A stretch of DNA of 64,000 bases from assembly GCA_965198235.1 (NCBI GenBank), contig OZ240248.1, forward strand, positions 576,001 to 640,000, written 5' to 3'. Positions 1 through 8,850 of the stretch are shown here, one piece after another. Numbering within the stretch: position 1 is the first letter of the stretch; every line of letters starts with the position of its first letter. The notes below the pieces were generated by a model, which saw only the letters and a list, made by a program, of their open reading frames with translations, was not told the DNA's origin and searched no databases. This DNA is from Candidatus Poribacteria bacterium (GTDB taxonomy: Bacteria > Poribacteria > WGA-4E > WGA-3G). The position numbers and the translations under genes were made by a program.

Positions 1-179
1 GAGCAGGTCGGATAGAATCGACAGGACGGTGGTAACAGCGGTGAAATAAAGCGTCGATAAAAGTGGATGGGTTGTAGAAGTATCACTGTCCCGTCCAACT
101 TACAGCGTATCCGCTGGCTCCTACTTTGGTTTACATCTTCTTCGTGGTGCTTGCAATGTGGCACGCCTCTATTCCTCAT
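1..179 (-). CDS. yidD: Membrane protein insertion efficiency factor YidD, N-terminal part (runs off window start)
   Basis: Manual translation from ATG at 179 gives ...[23 protein letters not shown], the YidD signature; lies downstream of rnpA as in the usual operon. Confidence 0.9.
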   Translation of the reverse strand, partial: MRNRGVPHCKHHEEDVNQSRSQRIRCKLDGTVILLQPIHFYRRFISPLLPPSCRFYPTC

Positions 180-193
180 TGACAGCTATCGTT

Positions 194-559
194 TTACCTT
201 GTCTTAGACTGTCGCTGGCTGGATTGTTTTAAAATAGATGCTTTCCGAAAAAGGTGAAACAATCCATCTCTTGCTTCTTGACATGTGAGTCGACACGCTT
301 CTGTCCTTCCGACGACTACGATGTCGTATTGAGTTTTTATCCGCGGGCGTAACTGCCGAAACGATTCACGAATGAGTCTTTTGACCCGATTCCGTTGAAC
401 GCTTTTTCCGGCTTTTTTGCTGACGGTTATTCCTAATCGGAGGTTATTGAAATGGGTGTGGAACACGTATATCACAAAGTAGCGATTCCAATACTTACTG
501 CCTTTCTGATAGGCGCGCTGGAATTCCCAACGCTTTTTCAGTTTTTTCGGATCTTGCAT
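194..559 (-). CDS. rnpA: Ribonuclease P protein component
   Basis: LKKRWEFQRAY, RLGITVSKKAGKSVQRNRVKRLIRE (RNR motif). Confidence 0.97.
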   Translation of the reverse strand: MQDPKKLKKRWEFQRAYQKGSKYWNRYFVIYVFHTHFNNLRLGITVSKKAGKSVQRNRVKRLIRESFRQLRPRIKTQYDIVVVGRTEACRLTCQEARDGLFHLFRKASILKQSSQRQSKTR

Positions 560-562
560 GAT

Positions 563-1099
563 TTAGTTGATATACAGATATTTTCTCCACGACGGGTGGC
601 ACCCGCGAAAATGACGATTGAGTTGCAAATAGGTCAAAATTGATGGTGTTTTCGGCTGACGCTGCAGTTTCAATCGCGCTTCGTAGAGCATTTTACTGCC
701 CTTTTTGTTATTACACTTTTTGCAGGCTGTCACAACGTTCTCCCATGTTGTTTCTCCGCTACGAGAGAGCGGTACCACATGGTCCATCGTGAGTTGCGCT
801 GCTGGGAACTCGCCATGACAGTATTGACATGTATACTGGTCGCGGACGAGAACATTCCTCCGTGAAAATTTGACGACGCTACGCGGGACATGGACGTAGT
901 TTACTAACCGAATTACATGTGGGACTCTCACCGCGGCACTTGGCGAATGAATCTCAACATCAGAAACTTCTTCAGTCTGTGCAGTGCCCTTAAAAACCAT
1001 TTTCATCGCGCGCCTGAGATTGCAAACGTTGATTGCTTCGTAGCTGGCGTTAAGTACTAAGACAGATATTTCCACTTGCATGCCCTCTAACTTAAACAA
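563..1099 (-). CDS. HNH endonuclease family protein (start may be ATG 1081)
   Basis: VLVLNASYE N-terminus; RD..TCQYC...TMDHVVPLSRSG..TWENVVTACKKCNNKK HNH/Zn motif. Confidence 0.9.
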   Translation of the reverse strand: MFKLEGMQVEISVLVLNASYEAINVCNLRRAMKMVFKGTAQTEEVSDVEIHSPSAAVRVPHVIRLVNYVHVPRSVVKFSRRNVLVRDQYTCQYCHGEFPAAQLTMDHVVPLSRSGETTWENVVTACKKCNNKKGSKMLYEARLKLQRQPKTPSILTYLQLNRHFRGCHPSWRKYLYIN

Positions 1100-1175
1100 C
1101 TGGCTTTAACCACATTAACTCCTATGAATTTTAACACATTTTCACCGTAATTGCAACTAAAATCTCTATATCGTC

Positions 1176-1240
1176 AATAGTTATCAGTTATCAGTTGTCA
1201 GTTGTCAGCAGTTAGCGGTCAGCGGTCAGCAATCAGCAAA
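1176..1240. repeat. Degenerate heptamer tandem repeat (CAGTTAT/CAGTTGT/CAGCGGT/CAGCAAT), a dispersed intergenic family
   Basis: Similar arrays near 10436, 11711, 17676, 21710, 26365, 26628, 27220, 27835 and 50010. Confidence 0.8.
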
Positions 1241-1482
1241 GAGTGGAAACAGACGAAGCTGTTTGTAGTAGTGCTATTTATTGAACGTTCGGAAGAACAA
1301 AGGAATATCGCGAGCAAAGCTCGCTCCTACAGCCAGCAGTCAGGAAACGGAGTTCCCTCTTACCAAGACTGGTAATAATGAATCTTTAGCAGATTGATGA
1401 AAGGGGAAATAAAGACACACCTGACGCACGGTTTTGTGTATAATGTTCAGTACAATGCGAGTTGGGTCTGAGAGGAATTTGA

Positions 1483-3102
1483 ATGCACAATAGGTTGCGA
1501 GACGCTATTGCGGTCTTGAGTTTTACGTTTATTTTCACGTTTATTTTCAGCAGTTATGCATCTGATATCCAATTTGTGGATGTCACTGAACAGGCGGGGA
1601 TCCATTTTGAGCACGCCGGTGGTATCGACTTGCGTGTGGTGCCCGCACTCGTCGGTTCGGGTGCGGCGTGGTGCGACTACGACAACGATGGGAAATTGGA
1701 TCTTTATATTGTCAACGGTGCCTTGGTGCGACCAACATCAGGAGCGGTGCTACCGAAGAACGCCCTCTATCGGAATAACGGTGATGGGACTTTCACTGAT
1801 GTAACGGATACCGCTGGAGTCGGCGATACAGGTTGGGGTATGGGATGTGCCTTTGCAGATTATGACAACGATGGCGATGCCGATCTTTATGTCACGAACT
1901 ATAAAGCGAACCTGTTCTATCGGAACAACGGCGACGGGACTTTCAAACGTTTTTCCTCCGGGGCAGGCGGCATTGGTCACGAGGGTTTCGGTGCTGGGAT
2001 CGCTTGGGGTGATTATGATAACGACGGTTACCTCGACCTTTACGTCGGCAATTATATCGAATATACCAAAGTTCCACAAGGGGATGAAGTCTTTTTCCCG
2101 TATGATTTCTTCGGACAAGCGAACCTTCTCTATTTAAATAAGGGAGACGGCGGTTTCATTAATATTACGGATGCCGCCAAGGTGAATGGTGGATTTCATC
2201 TGACACTTGGAGTCGCTGCAGCGGATTACGATGCCGATGGCGACTTGGATCTGTATCTCGCCAATGATACCGACCAGAATATCCTCTATCGCAACGATGG
2301 GGAGTTAACGTTCACGAACACGAACCGTCCAGATGCAAGGAGCCGCACCGGCGACATACGGAGTGGTATGGGCATTACTTGGGGCGATTACGATGCCGAT
2401 GGCGATTTGGATATCTTTGTTACAAATTGGTTAGATGAAAACAATGTCCTTTATAGAAATAATGGTGATGGGACCTTTACCGATGTTTCTGCACGGAGTG
2501 GTGTTTTTGAGTCAGGACTCAGTAAAACATGTTGGGGCACTGCCCTGTTTGATGCGGATAACGACGGCGATCTGGATCTCTTTTTCTCGGCAGGACACAT
2601 TGATCCGGCTTCGTGGGAAGCATATGGGCAAGCGGATGTTTTTCTCCAGAACAATAGAGACGGCACCTTCACTGATATTTCTGATGCCGTCGGACTTCGG
2701 GAATTCAGTTCCTACGGGGTTGGTAGAGGTGTCGCGGTTGGAGATTACGATGCCGATGGCGATTTGGATCTCTTTATCGTCAACAGTGGTGGGAAACCGA
2801 TATTGCTTCAAAACGAGGGTGGGAACCAACAGCAGTGGCTTCAGATTCGCACAGTCGGCACAATGAGCAATCGGGACGGTGTTGGCGCGCTTGTGAGGGT
2901 GAGTGCTGGCGACCTTCACCAAATTCAGCAGGTGGCGGCAGGCGACAGTTATCTTTCTCAGAGCAGTATCGATGTCGAGTTTGGACTTGCGGCCTACAAG
3001 ACAGTGGATCGAATTGTTATTCGATGGCCGAGCGGGACTGTGCAAACGTTGACCGATGTGCAAGCAAATCAGCGACTTGTTGTGGTTGAGCCCTCGGAGT
3101 GA
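1483..3102 (+). CDS. Secreted CRTAC1/ASPIC-UnbV family protein with FG-GAP (VCBS) repeats
   Basis: Signal peptide; many DYDxDGDLDLY and LYRNNGDGTFTDV repeats; C-terminal SNRDGVGA..SYLSQS..FGL..IRWPSG. Confidence 0.93.
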   Translation: MHNRLRDAIAVLSFTFIFTFIFSSYASDIQFVDVTEQAGIHFEHAGGIDLRVVPALVGSGAAWCDYDNDGKLDLYIVNGALVRPTSGAVLPKNALYRNNGDGTFTDVTDTAGVGDTGWGMGCAFADYDNDGDADLYVTNYKANLFYRNNGDGTFKRFSSGAGGIGHEGFGAGIAWGDYDNDGYLDLYVGNYIEYTKVPQGDEVFFPYDFFGQANLLYLNKGDGGFINITDAAKVNGGFHLTLGVAAADYDADGDLDLYLANDTDQNILYRNDGELTFTNTNRPDARSRTGDIRSGMGITWGDYDADGDLDIFVTNWLDENNVLYRNNGDGTFTDVSARSGVFESGLSKTCWGTALFDADNDGDLDLFFSAGHIDPASWEAYGQADVFLQNNRDGTFTDISDAVGLREFSSYGVGRGVAVGDYDADGDLDLFIVNSGGKPILLQNEGGNQQQWLQIRTVGTMSNRDGVGALVRVSAGDLHQIQQVAAGDSYLSQSSIDVEFGLAAYKTVDRIVIRWPSGTVQTLTDVQANQRLVVVEPSE

Positions 3103-3209
3103 TACGAAAATATTGCAATTGTGAGAAGAATATGTTATCCTTAATTCTAAGGATATGTTATCCTTAATTCCAATGTATGTCCATTTCTTAATTACAATCA
3201 GGAGGAAAC

Positions 3210-3857
3210 ATGCGACGAAGTTTATTTTTTGTTGTTTTGATTGCCGTATATGTTGCGGTAACGATCATCCATGACGCGGGTTCAGCCGAAGAGATTCGGG
3301 TATGGGGCGGCAAAGTGGAGGATTTTAAAGATTCCGATGGCCGTATCTGGCACGGTGGACAGAACGAGAAAAAGAAGTGGGGCGGGTGGATCGATCTGCA
3401 GCCTCGCATCGCTGAAGTCCAAAACCTTACGAAAGATGCCCAAAAACTGGCGAAGAAAGAAGGGTATGATGAGGAGCTCTTCTATGCTGTCAGTTGGGCA
3501 AGGTTCCCTGATGTCGTTAAGGTCGATCTGAATACCGGTAAAGGCACCTTTAATGTTACTTATCTCGTGGGTGAACACTGGTCACCGAACAATCGTGGCT
3601 TCGATATTATCATTGAAGAAGAGATTGTGGAGCCGCTCTATGTTACTCCCGGTAAAGATGAGATAGACATTAAACGCTATGAAGGCATTGAGGTTAAAGA
3701 TAAAGTGATGAGCCTTGAGTTTGCTGGCAATCAGAAGACCGGCAAGGGCGACCTGAACGCCATGTTCAGTGCGATAGAGGTAATCCCTGCATTAGCCGTT
3801 GACCCGAAACAGAAACTCGCTACGACTTGGGGAGCCCTGAAAGGGGAGCGGAATTAA
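3210..3857 (+). CDS. Secreted malectin-like domain protein with C-terminal TTWGALK motif (paralog 1)
   Basis: Signal peptide; GG..FKDSDGRIW, VTYLVGE..RGFDIIIE, AMFSAIEV; ends AVDPKQKLATTWGALK. Confidence 0.7.
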   Translation: MRRSLFFVVLIAVYVAVTIIHDAGSAEEIRVWGGKVEDFKDSDGRIWHGGQNEKKKWGGWIDLQPRIAEVQNLTKDAQKLAKKEGYDEELFYAVSWARFPDVVKVDLNTGKGTFNVTYLVGEHWSPNNRGFDIIIEEEIVEPLYVTPGKDEIDIKRYEGIEVKDKVMSLEFAGNQKTGKGDLNAMFSAIEVIPALAVDPKQKLATTWGALKGERN

Positions 3858-3878
3858 CGAATAGATGGAGGTATTTTA

Positions 3879-4526
3879 ATGAGACTATTGAGCATTTTGA
3901 CGATTGTCGCTTTTCTGGGGATTCTCGCAGTCCCGGCGTTGCTACCGGCTGAAGAATTTCGGGTGTGGGGTGGCAAGACAGATGACTTCACGGATTCACA
4001 AGGGCGGGTCTGGAATGGCGCGCAGCAGACGGACCAGGCATGGGGTGGTTGGACTGAATTGGAACCTCGTGTTGCTGAAGTCGCAACCTTGACAGCGGAC
4101 GCACAAGCGCAAGTAAAAGATGCTGGTTATGATGTGGAACTCTTCTACGCTGTCAGTTGGGCAAGATTCCCTGACACCGTCAAGTATCAGTTTAAGACTG
4201 GCGACGGCACTTTTGATGTTACCTATCTCGTGGGTGAGCACTGGTCTCCAAATAACCGAGGTTTCGACATTTTCATTGAAGAGGACAACGTCGAGCCGCT
4301 TTACGTGACACCCGGCAAAGACGAGATTGACATCAAAATGTATTCCGGGATTGAAGTCAGCGATGGCACCCTTGATCTCCACTTTGCAGGAAACGCGGAG
4401 ACGGGTGCAGGCGATCTGAACGCCATGTTCAGTGCTTTGGAGGTCGTGCCTGCTGTGGGGACTGCTGTAGATCCGAAGGCGAAACTCACGACAACGTGGG
4501 GTGCGCTGAAAGGCAACCGTCAATAA
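3879..4526 (+). CDS. Secreted malectin-like domain protein with C-terminal TTWGALK motif (paralog 2)
   Basis: Tandem paralog sharing long identical blocks (ELFYAVSWARFPD, VTYLVGEHWSPNNRGFDI, VEPLYVTPGKDEIDIK). Confidence 0.7.
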   Translation: MRLLSILTIVAFLGILAVPALLPAEEFRVWGGKTDDFTDSQGRVWNGAQQTDQAWGGWTELEPRVAEVATLTADAQAQVKDAGYDVELFYAVSWARFPDTVKYQFKTGDGTFDVTYLVGEHWSPNNRGFDIFIEEDNVEPLYVTPGKDEIDIKMYSGIEVSDGTLDLHFAGNAETGAGDLNAMFSALEVVPAVGTAVDPKAKLTTTWGALKGNRQ

Positions 4527-4541
4527 GGATACACCGAAATT

Positions 4542-4578
4542 AAAATGCCCGCGGTATTTTCGTTACCGTGGGCATTTT
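4542..4578 (+). terminator. Rho-independent terminator, probably bidirectional
   Basis: AAAATGCCCGCGGTA-loop-TACCGTGGGCATTTT hairpin between convergent genes. Confidence 0.8.
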
Positions 4579-4667
4579 GTTGTACATGGGCAAATGCGGG
4601 TGCGGTTGGGAAACCGCACCTACCGTTTTAGTTGTCAAGCAACAACCGTCAGCGGTCGAGAGGAATA

Positions 4668-5447
4668 TCATACCTTGGGTGTCGTCAAATCGCCGCTCAA
4701 GATTGTGGGACACCAGAATTTTTCAATGTATTCAATGATGAGTTGTGTGCCCTCTTCGTGGCTGACGTAAGGCGGTTTGAACGGGTTGTACATCGCATCG
4801 GTGAGGTCGCGGGCAAGAACGGCGTTGAAGCCCCAACGTACCATCTGTTTAATAGCGAAAGAACGTCCGAGGACGCACATATTGGTGTGAACGCCCATAA
4901 AGATAATATTCTTAATACCTTTGCGATCCAGCAGATTGTATACTTCCTGCCCGTTGTCGCTGATGGCATCTACATCAGAGATTTCAATGGCTGGGTGTTG
5001 ACGGTGCCACGCTTTGTAACCATCAGTCTCGCCGGTATCCGAGCCGCCATCGGAAGCGTCAACAGGTAAGGGTGGGTCAGGCAGTTCGCGTTCGGTGGGT
5101 GTGTCGGCGTGCGGTAGTTCTAAGACCGCACGGCGTGCTGGATGTGCCTCGTAGAAGTCCATTGTGTCAGATGGCGCGTGGATAATCTGTATGCCCTGCT
5201 CCCGCGCCCGCCCGAGTACGATGTCCATCCGCGGTGCCATCACGTTCACACGTTCCGTGGCTCCCCATGACCAGTGTTCATTCCACATATCAACGACAAC
5301 GATGGCGGTTTCGGAGATGTTCCAATTGACCTCTTCTTCGATGACACGCCAACCATTTCTGCCGACTGTCCGTGCTTCCTGTCGGCGGGTTGAGAGCGAC
5401 AGGTTCGTCGTCGCTGAAAAGGTTTGACTTAATAGGTTAAATAGCAT
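4668..5447 (-). CDS. Isochorismatase/cysteine hydrolase family protein
   Basis: TAIVVVDMW, IIHAPS, IIFMGVHTNMCV, ARDLTDA motifs. Confidence 0.85.
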   Translation of the reverse strand: MLFNLLSQTFSATTNLSLSTRRQEARTVGRNGWRVIEEEVNWNISETAIVVVDMWNEHWSWGATERVNVMAPRMDIVLGRAREQGIQIIHAPSDTMDFYEAHPARRAVLELPHADTPTERELPDPPLPVDASDGGSDTGETDGYKAWHRQHPAIEISDVDAISDNGQEVYNLLDRKGIKNIIFMGVHTNMCVLGRSFAIKQMVRWGFNAVLARDLTDAMYNPFKPPYVSHEEGTQLIIEYIEKFWCPTILSGDLTTPKV

Positions 5448-5925
5448 GAATTTCTACTCCTTTTCGGAAAACGTAAGCGTCTTTAGAACGTCCGTAGTAG
5501 TTTTTTCGGATACCACAAATGCGGAACCCGAACTGTCGGTAGAGATACTGCGCCGGTAGATTGCTGACGGCGACTTCCAAGAAAATTTCGCGTCCGTCAC
5601 GCGCTTGTATCATTTCTAAGGCTGAGGTGATCAGGTATTTGGCGATACCCTGTCGCCGATAGGCAACCGGCACCGCGAGGTTCAGGATATGCGCCTCTTC
5701 ATGGAGAATACTGAACACAATGTAACCGACGATGGTGTCCTCGTACCGAGCGGCATAAAAATGTTCGTATGATCGAGGTCGTTTCAGAGATAATGCGTAA
5801 TAGGTTTTGCTCCATGGATCCTCAAAGCACTCGTTTTCGATTTTTAGTACCTCCTGCAGATCACACAAGCGCATCGGTTCAAAGGTGAGGTTTAGAAGCG
5901 GATTTTGGGTTATCATCTGTGTCAA
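5437..5925 (-). CDS. rimI: Ribosomal protein S18 alanine N-acetyltransferase
   Basis: IENECFEDPWS, EAHILNLAV..RRQGIA, LEVAVSN..AQYLY..FGF..GIRKNYY. Confidence 0.9.
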   Translation of the reverse strand: MTQMITQNPLLNLTFEPMRLCDLQEVLKIENECFEDPWSKTYYALSLKRPRSYEHFYAARYEDTIVGYIVFSILHEEAHILNLAVPVAYRRQGIAKYLITSALEMIQARDGREIFLEVAVSNLPAQYLYRQFGFRICGIRKNYYGRSKDAYVFRKGVEIHAI

Positions 5926-6036
5926 TGTGTGTAGGTAAACCGAAGAGAATCATACATAGTTAGTGCTGCTCTTGGTAAAGATACCAAAGTATAGCACGAT
6001 GTGGAATTTGATGTCAATTGAGATAGTTATTTCGGT

Positions 6037-6179
6037 CAGGGCTATTCAATTCTCTCTATTTTCCGTCGGTCGTTGAAACTCCCTCTTCTGTAGGAGCGAG
6101 CTGTGCTCGCGATATTTCCTAAAAACGTTCACTTCTGTAAAGCAAAACCAAGATCGAAACCTACAATTGAATGACCCTG
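6037..6179. mobile_element. 143-bp MITE with 15-bp imperfect TIRs and 10-bp target-site duplication, carrying one GTAG-type REP
   Basis: TIRs CAGGGCTATTCAATT / AATTGAATGACCCTG; TTATTTCGGT at 6027-6036 and 6180-6189; internal GTAGGAGCGAGCTGTGCTCGCGAT. Confidence 0.85.
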
Positions 6180-6257
6180 TTATTTCGGTGTTGCCTTTTT
6201 TCAGGGAGTCTGTTATAATTCACTTATGTGGAATCTGCCAAGAAGAAGGAGTATACT

Positions 6258-7403
6258 ATGAAAGACTTTGGTTTTACAGGCGGGCGTCCGGATCCGTATA
6301 CATTCCCGACGGACGGGTTAATTGCAGCGAGTGAAAAGGCTCTCCGTAAGCTGGGCGGTGATCTGGTTAACTATCCGGGCGAATCAGGCTATCGGGGATT
6401 GCGGGAACTGGCATCAATGCGATTCGAGAGACGTGAAGGTGTCCCGCTGCCGATAGATAACATCTCAATTACCTCAGGCTCCATGCAGGCACTGGAATTG
6501 GTCCTGGGGACCTTGATTAACCCTGGCGATACGGTACTGACAGAGGAATATACTTACAGCGGCACCTTGGGGATCATGCGGCATTTCAAAGCGAATATCG
6601 TGGGGGTGCCGATGGACTACACCGATGGCATGAATATGGATGCGTTGGAGGCGAAACTCGCGGAACTCAAACGTCAGAATATTCGTCCATCATTCATCTA
6701 TACGACATCGAACCATCAGAACCCGACAGGGGCAATTCTCTCGCTTGAGCGTCGACATCGGATGTTAGCCTTAGCGGAAGAATATGATACACTCATCGTT
6801 GAAGATGATTGCTACGGCGATATTGACTTCACATCGACACCGACACCGGCTTCGCTTTTTAAGTTAGATACTTTAAATCGGGTGATCTTCATTGCGACTT
6901 TCTCCAAGATTTTAGGAGCAGGTGTTCGACAGGGGTATCTTGTGGCGAGAGAGCCTTATTGGGGGCAAATTCACCAGAACCGCTGGGACGGTGGGACGAG
7001 CGCGCTGGCGAGTGCGATCGTTGCTGAATTCTTCATGGAGCATTTGGAAGTGCATCTTGTGAAGACGAATGCGGCTGTGGGTGCGAAATGTCGCGCAGTG
7101 GTGGAGACGCTTGAGAAGCATGTCAGTGATCTCTGCACATGGACACGACCCCGCGGCGGGCTCTTCCTCTGGATAGATCTGCCGGAGACCACAGATCTCA
7201 ACAAGTTACAGGAACTTGCCTCGGCAAAAGGGGTCGGATATAGCAACGGAAGTGCGTTCCACTATGCGAATGAACCCGTAAAGGCGATCCGACTGGCGTA
7301 TGCTTACTGCCACGTGAATGATGTTCCCGAAGGGATTACTTATCTGTGTGAAGCGATCCGTGCGGCACAAGTGACCTCAGCGGATGTTGCGGCAGGGGAT
7401 TAG
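6258..7403 (+). CDS. PLP-dependent aminotransferase class I/II (MocR/2-aminoadipate transaminase-like)
   Basis: AAGGAG RBS before ATG 6258; NHQNPTG, IVEDDCY, TFSKILGAGVRQG. Confidence 0.9.
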   Translation: MKDFGFTGGRPDPYTFPTDGLIAASEKALRKLGGDLVNYPGESGYRGLRELASMRFERREGVPLPIDNISITSGSMQALELVLGTLINPGDTVLTEEYTYSGTLGIMRHFKANIVGVPMDYTDGMNMDALEAKLAELKRQNIRPSFIYTTSNHQNPTGAILSLERRHRMLALAEEYDTLIVEDDCYGDIDFTSTPTPASLFKLDTLNRVIFIATFSKILGAGVRQGYLVAREPYWGQIHQNRWDGGTSALASAIVAEFFMEHLEVHLVKTNAAVGAKCRAVVETLEKHVSDLCTWTRPRGGLFLWIDLPETTDLNKLQELASAKGVGYSNGSAFHYANEPVKAIRLAYAYCHVNDVPEGITYLCEAIRAAQVTSADVAAGD

Positions 7404-7420
7404 CGGAAAGGACCGAATTT

Positions 7421-8788
7421 TTGCGTAATATCATCCTCATCTCGTTAGATACGCTACGGGCATCGAGCATGAGTTGTTACGGGCATCGCAACCTGACAAC
7501 ACCGCACCTCGATGCCCTTGCAGAGACGGCGACGCTTTTTGAGAAGTGTATCAGCCCGCATATTCCGACACACCCTGCTCATACGACGATGTTCACGGGC
7601 AAGGATGTCTTGTCCCACCAAATTATTACACAGGGTGGGACGCTTAACTTGGCAACGAATATAAAGACGGCTCCTGAGCTGCTGAGTGAGGCGGGTTACT
7701 TCGCGGTTGCTGCGGACAATTTGGGACGCTGGTTTCAGCGCGGTTTCCCTGAGACGCAGTATCGTGGCTACCAATGGGAAATGGGTTACCGCAATGCTCG
7801 GAAAGCGGAGGCGGTTAATGAAACGGCGATTGAACTCCTGGACCTCGCCCAGGCACAGGATAAACCTTGGTTCGCTTTTCTTCACTATTGGGATCCGCAT
7901 ACGCCGTATCTGCCTCCGCTGCCGTTTGAACGGATGTTTTATAGCGGGGACGAATGTGATCCGAACAATCGAAGCATGGATGCTGTTTACGCATGCGAAC
8001 CTTTTACGGACTATTTCCGGCAGTGGATGTGCACGCCAGACCCATCGGATCCGGATAATATTGCGAAGAAGCGACTCTGGACGGACAGTCGGTATGTGAA
8101 CGCGCAATACGATGCCTCAATCGCTTATATGGACGCGTGCTTGGCGCAGTTGTTCCGATATCTGCGCGATTGTGGACAACTGGAGGAGACGCTCCTGATT
8201 CTTACCGCCGATCACGGTGAGGAACTCGATGAACACGAACTCTGGTATGACCATCATGGGCTTTATGAGACCAATTGCCACGTGCCGTTAATCGTTCACT
8301 GTCCGGCACTTATCCCTGAAGGACAACGGCTTAGCGGTCTTGTCCGTCTTACCGACATTGCCCCGACACTCCTTGATTATGCGGGGTTGACAGCGGTGGC
8401 GGCGCGTGAAAAGATGGAGGGCAGAAGCCTACGTGCCTTGATGGAAAACAGCTCGCACGATGGGACGACGGAGGCGGTCTATCTTACCGAGTGTGGGTGG
8501 ATGAAAAAGCGTGGGTGGCAAACCCAGAAGTGGAAATTGATTGTTGAAACCGGCGGCACGCCTGCCGTTTATAGGACACCGGATTTGGAACTCTACGATC
8601 TTGAAGAGGATCCCGATGAGGTTTATAATCTGGCTGAGGAGGCGGACGATGTCGTTGCGCATTTGAGAGCGGATATGGCGGCTTTTCTGCAACGCCGACT
8701 TGCCGAAACAGGTCTGCCCGATCCAACGGTTGAACAGGATATTACCATGCGACGCATCGGTGATACGTCTAAGGCAGTACCGCTTTGA
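7421..8788 (+). CDS. Sulfatase/alkaline-phosphatase superfamily hydrolase with non-canonical signature
   Basis: NIILISLDTLRA, PTHPAHTTMFTG, HYWDPHTPY, TADHGE, LYDLEEDPDE. Confidence 0.88.
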   Translation: MRNIILISLDTLRASSMSCYGHRNLTTPHLDALAETATLFEKCISPHIPTHPAHTTMFTGKDVLSHQIITQGGTLNLATNIKTAPELLSEAGYFAVAADNLGRWFQRGFPETQYRGYQWEMGYRNARKAEAVNETAIELLDLAQAQDKPWFAFLHYWDPHTPYLPPLPFERMFYSGDECDPNNRSMDAVYACEPFTDYFRQWMCTPDPSDPDNIAKKRLWTDSRYVNAQYDASIAYMDACLAQLFRYLRDCGQLEETLLILTADHGEELDEHELWYDHHGLYETNCHVPLIVHCPALIPEGQRLSGLVRLTDIAPTLLDYAGLTAVAAREKMEGRSLRALMENSSHDGTTEAVYLTECGWMKKRGWQTQKWKLIVETGGTPAVYRTPDLELYDLEEDPDEVYNLAEEADDVVAHLRADMAAFLQRRLAETGLPDPTVEQDITMRRIGDTSKAVPL

Positions 8789-8850
8789 AGAGGAACATTG
8801 TGAAATATAGATGTAGATTGTGCCTTGTTGTTTCGATTTTCAATAGCGTA

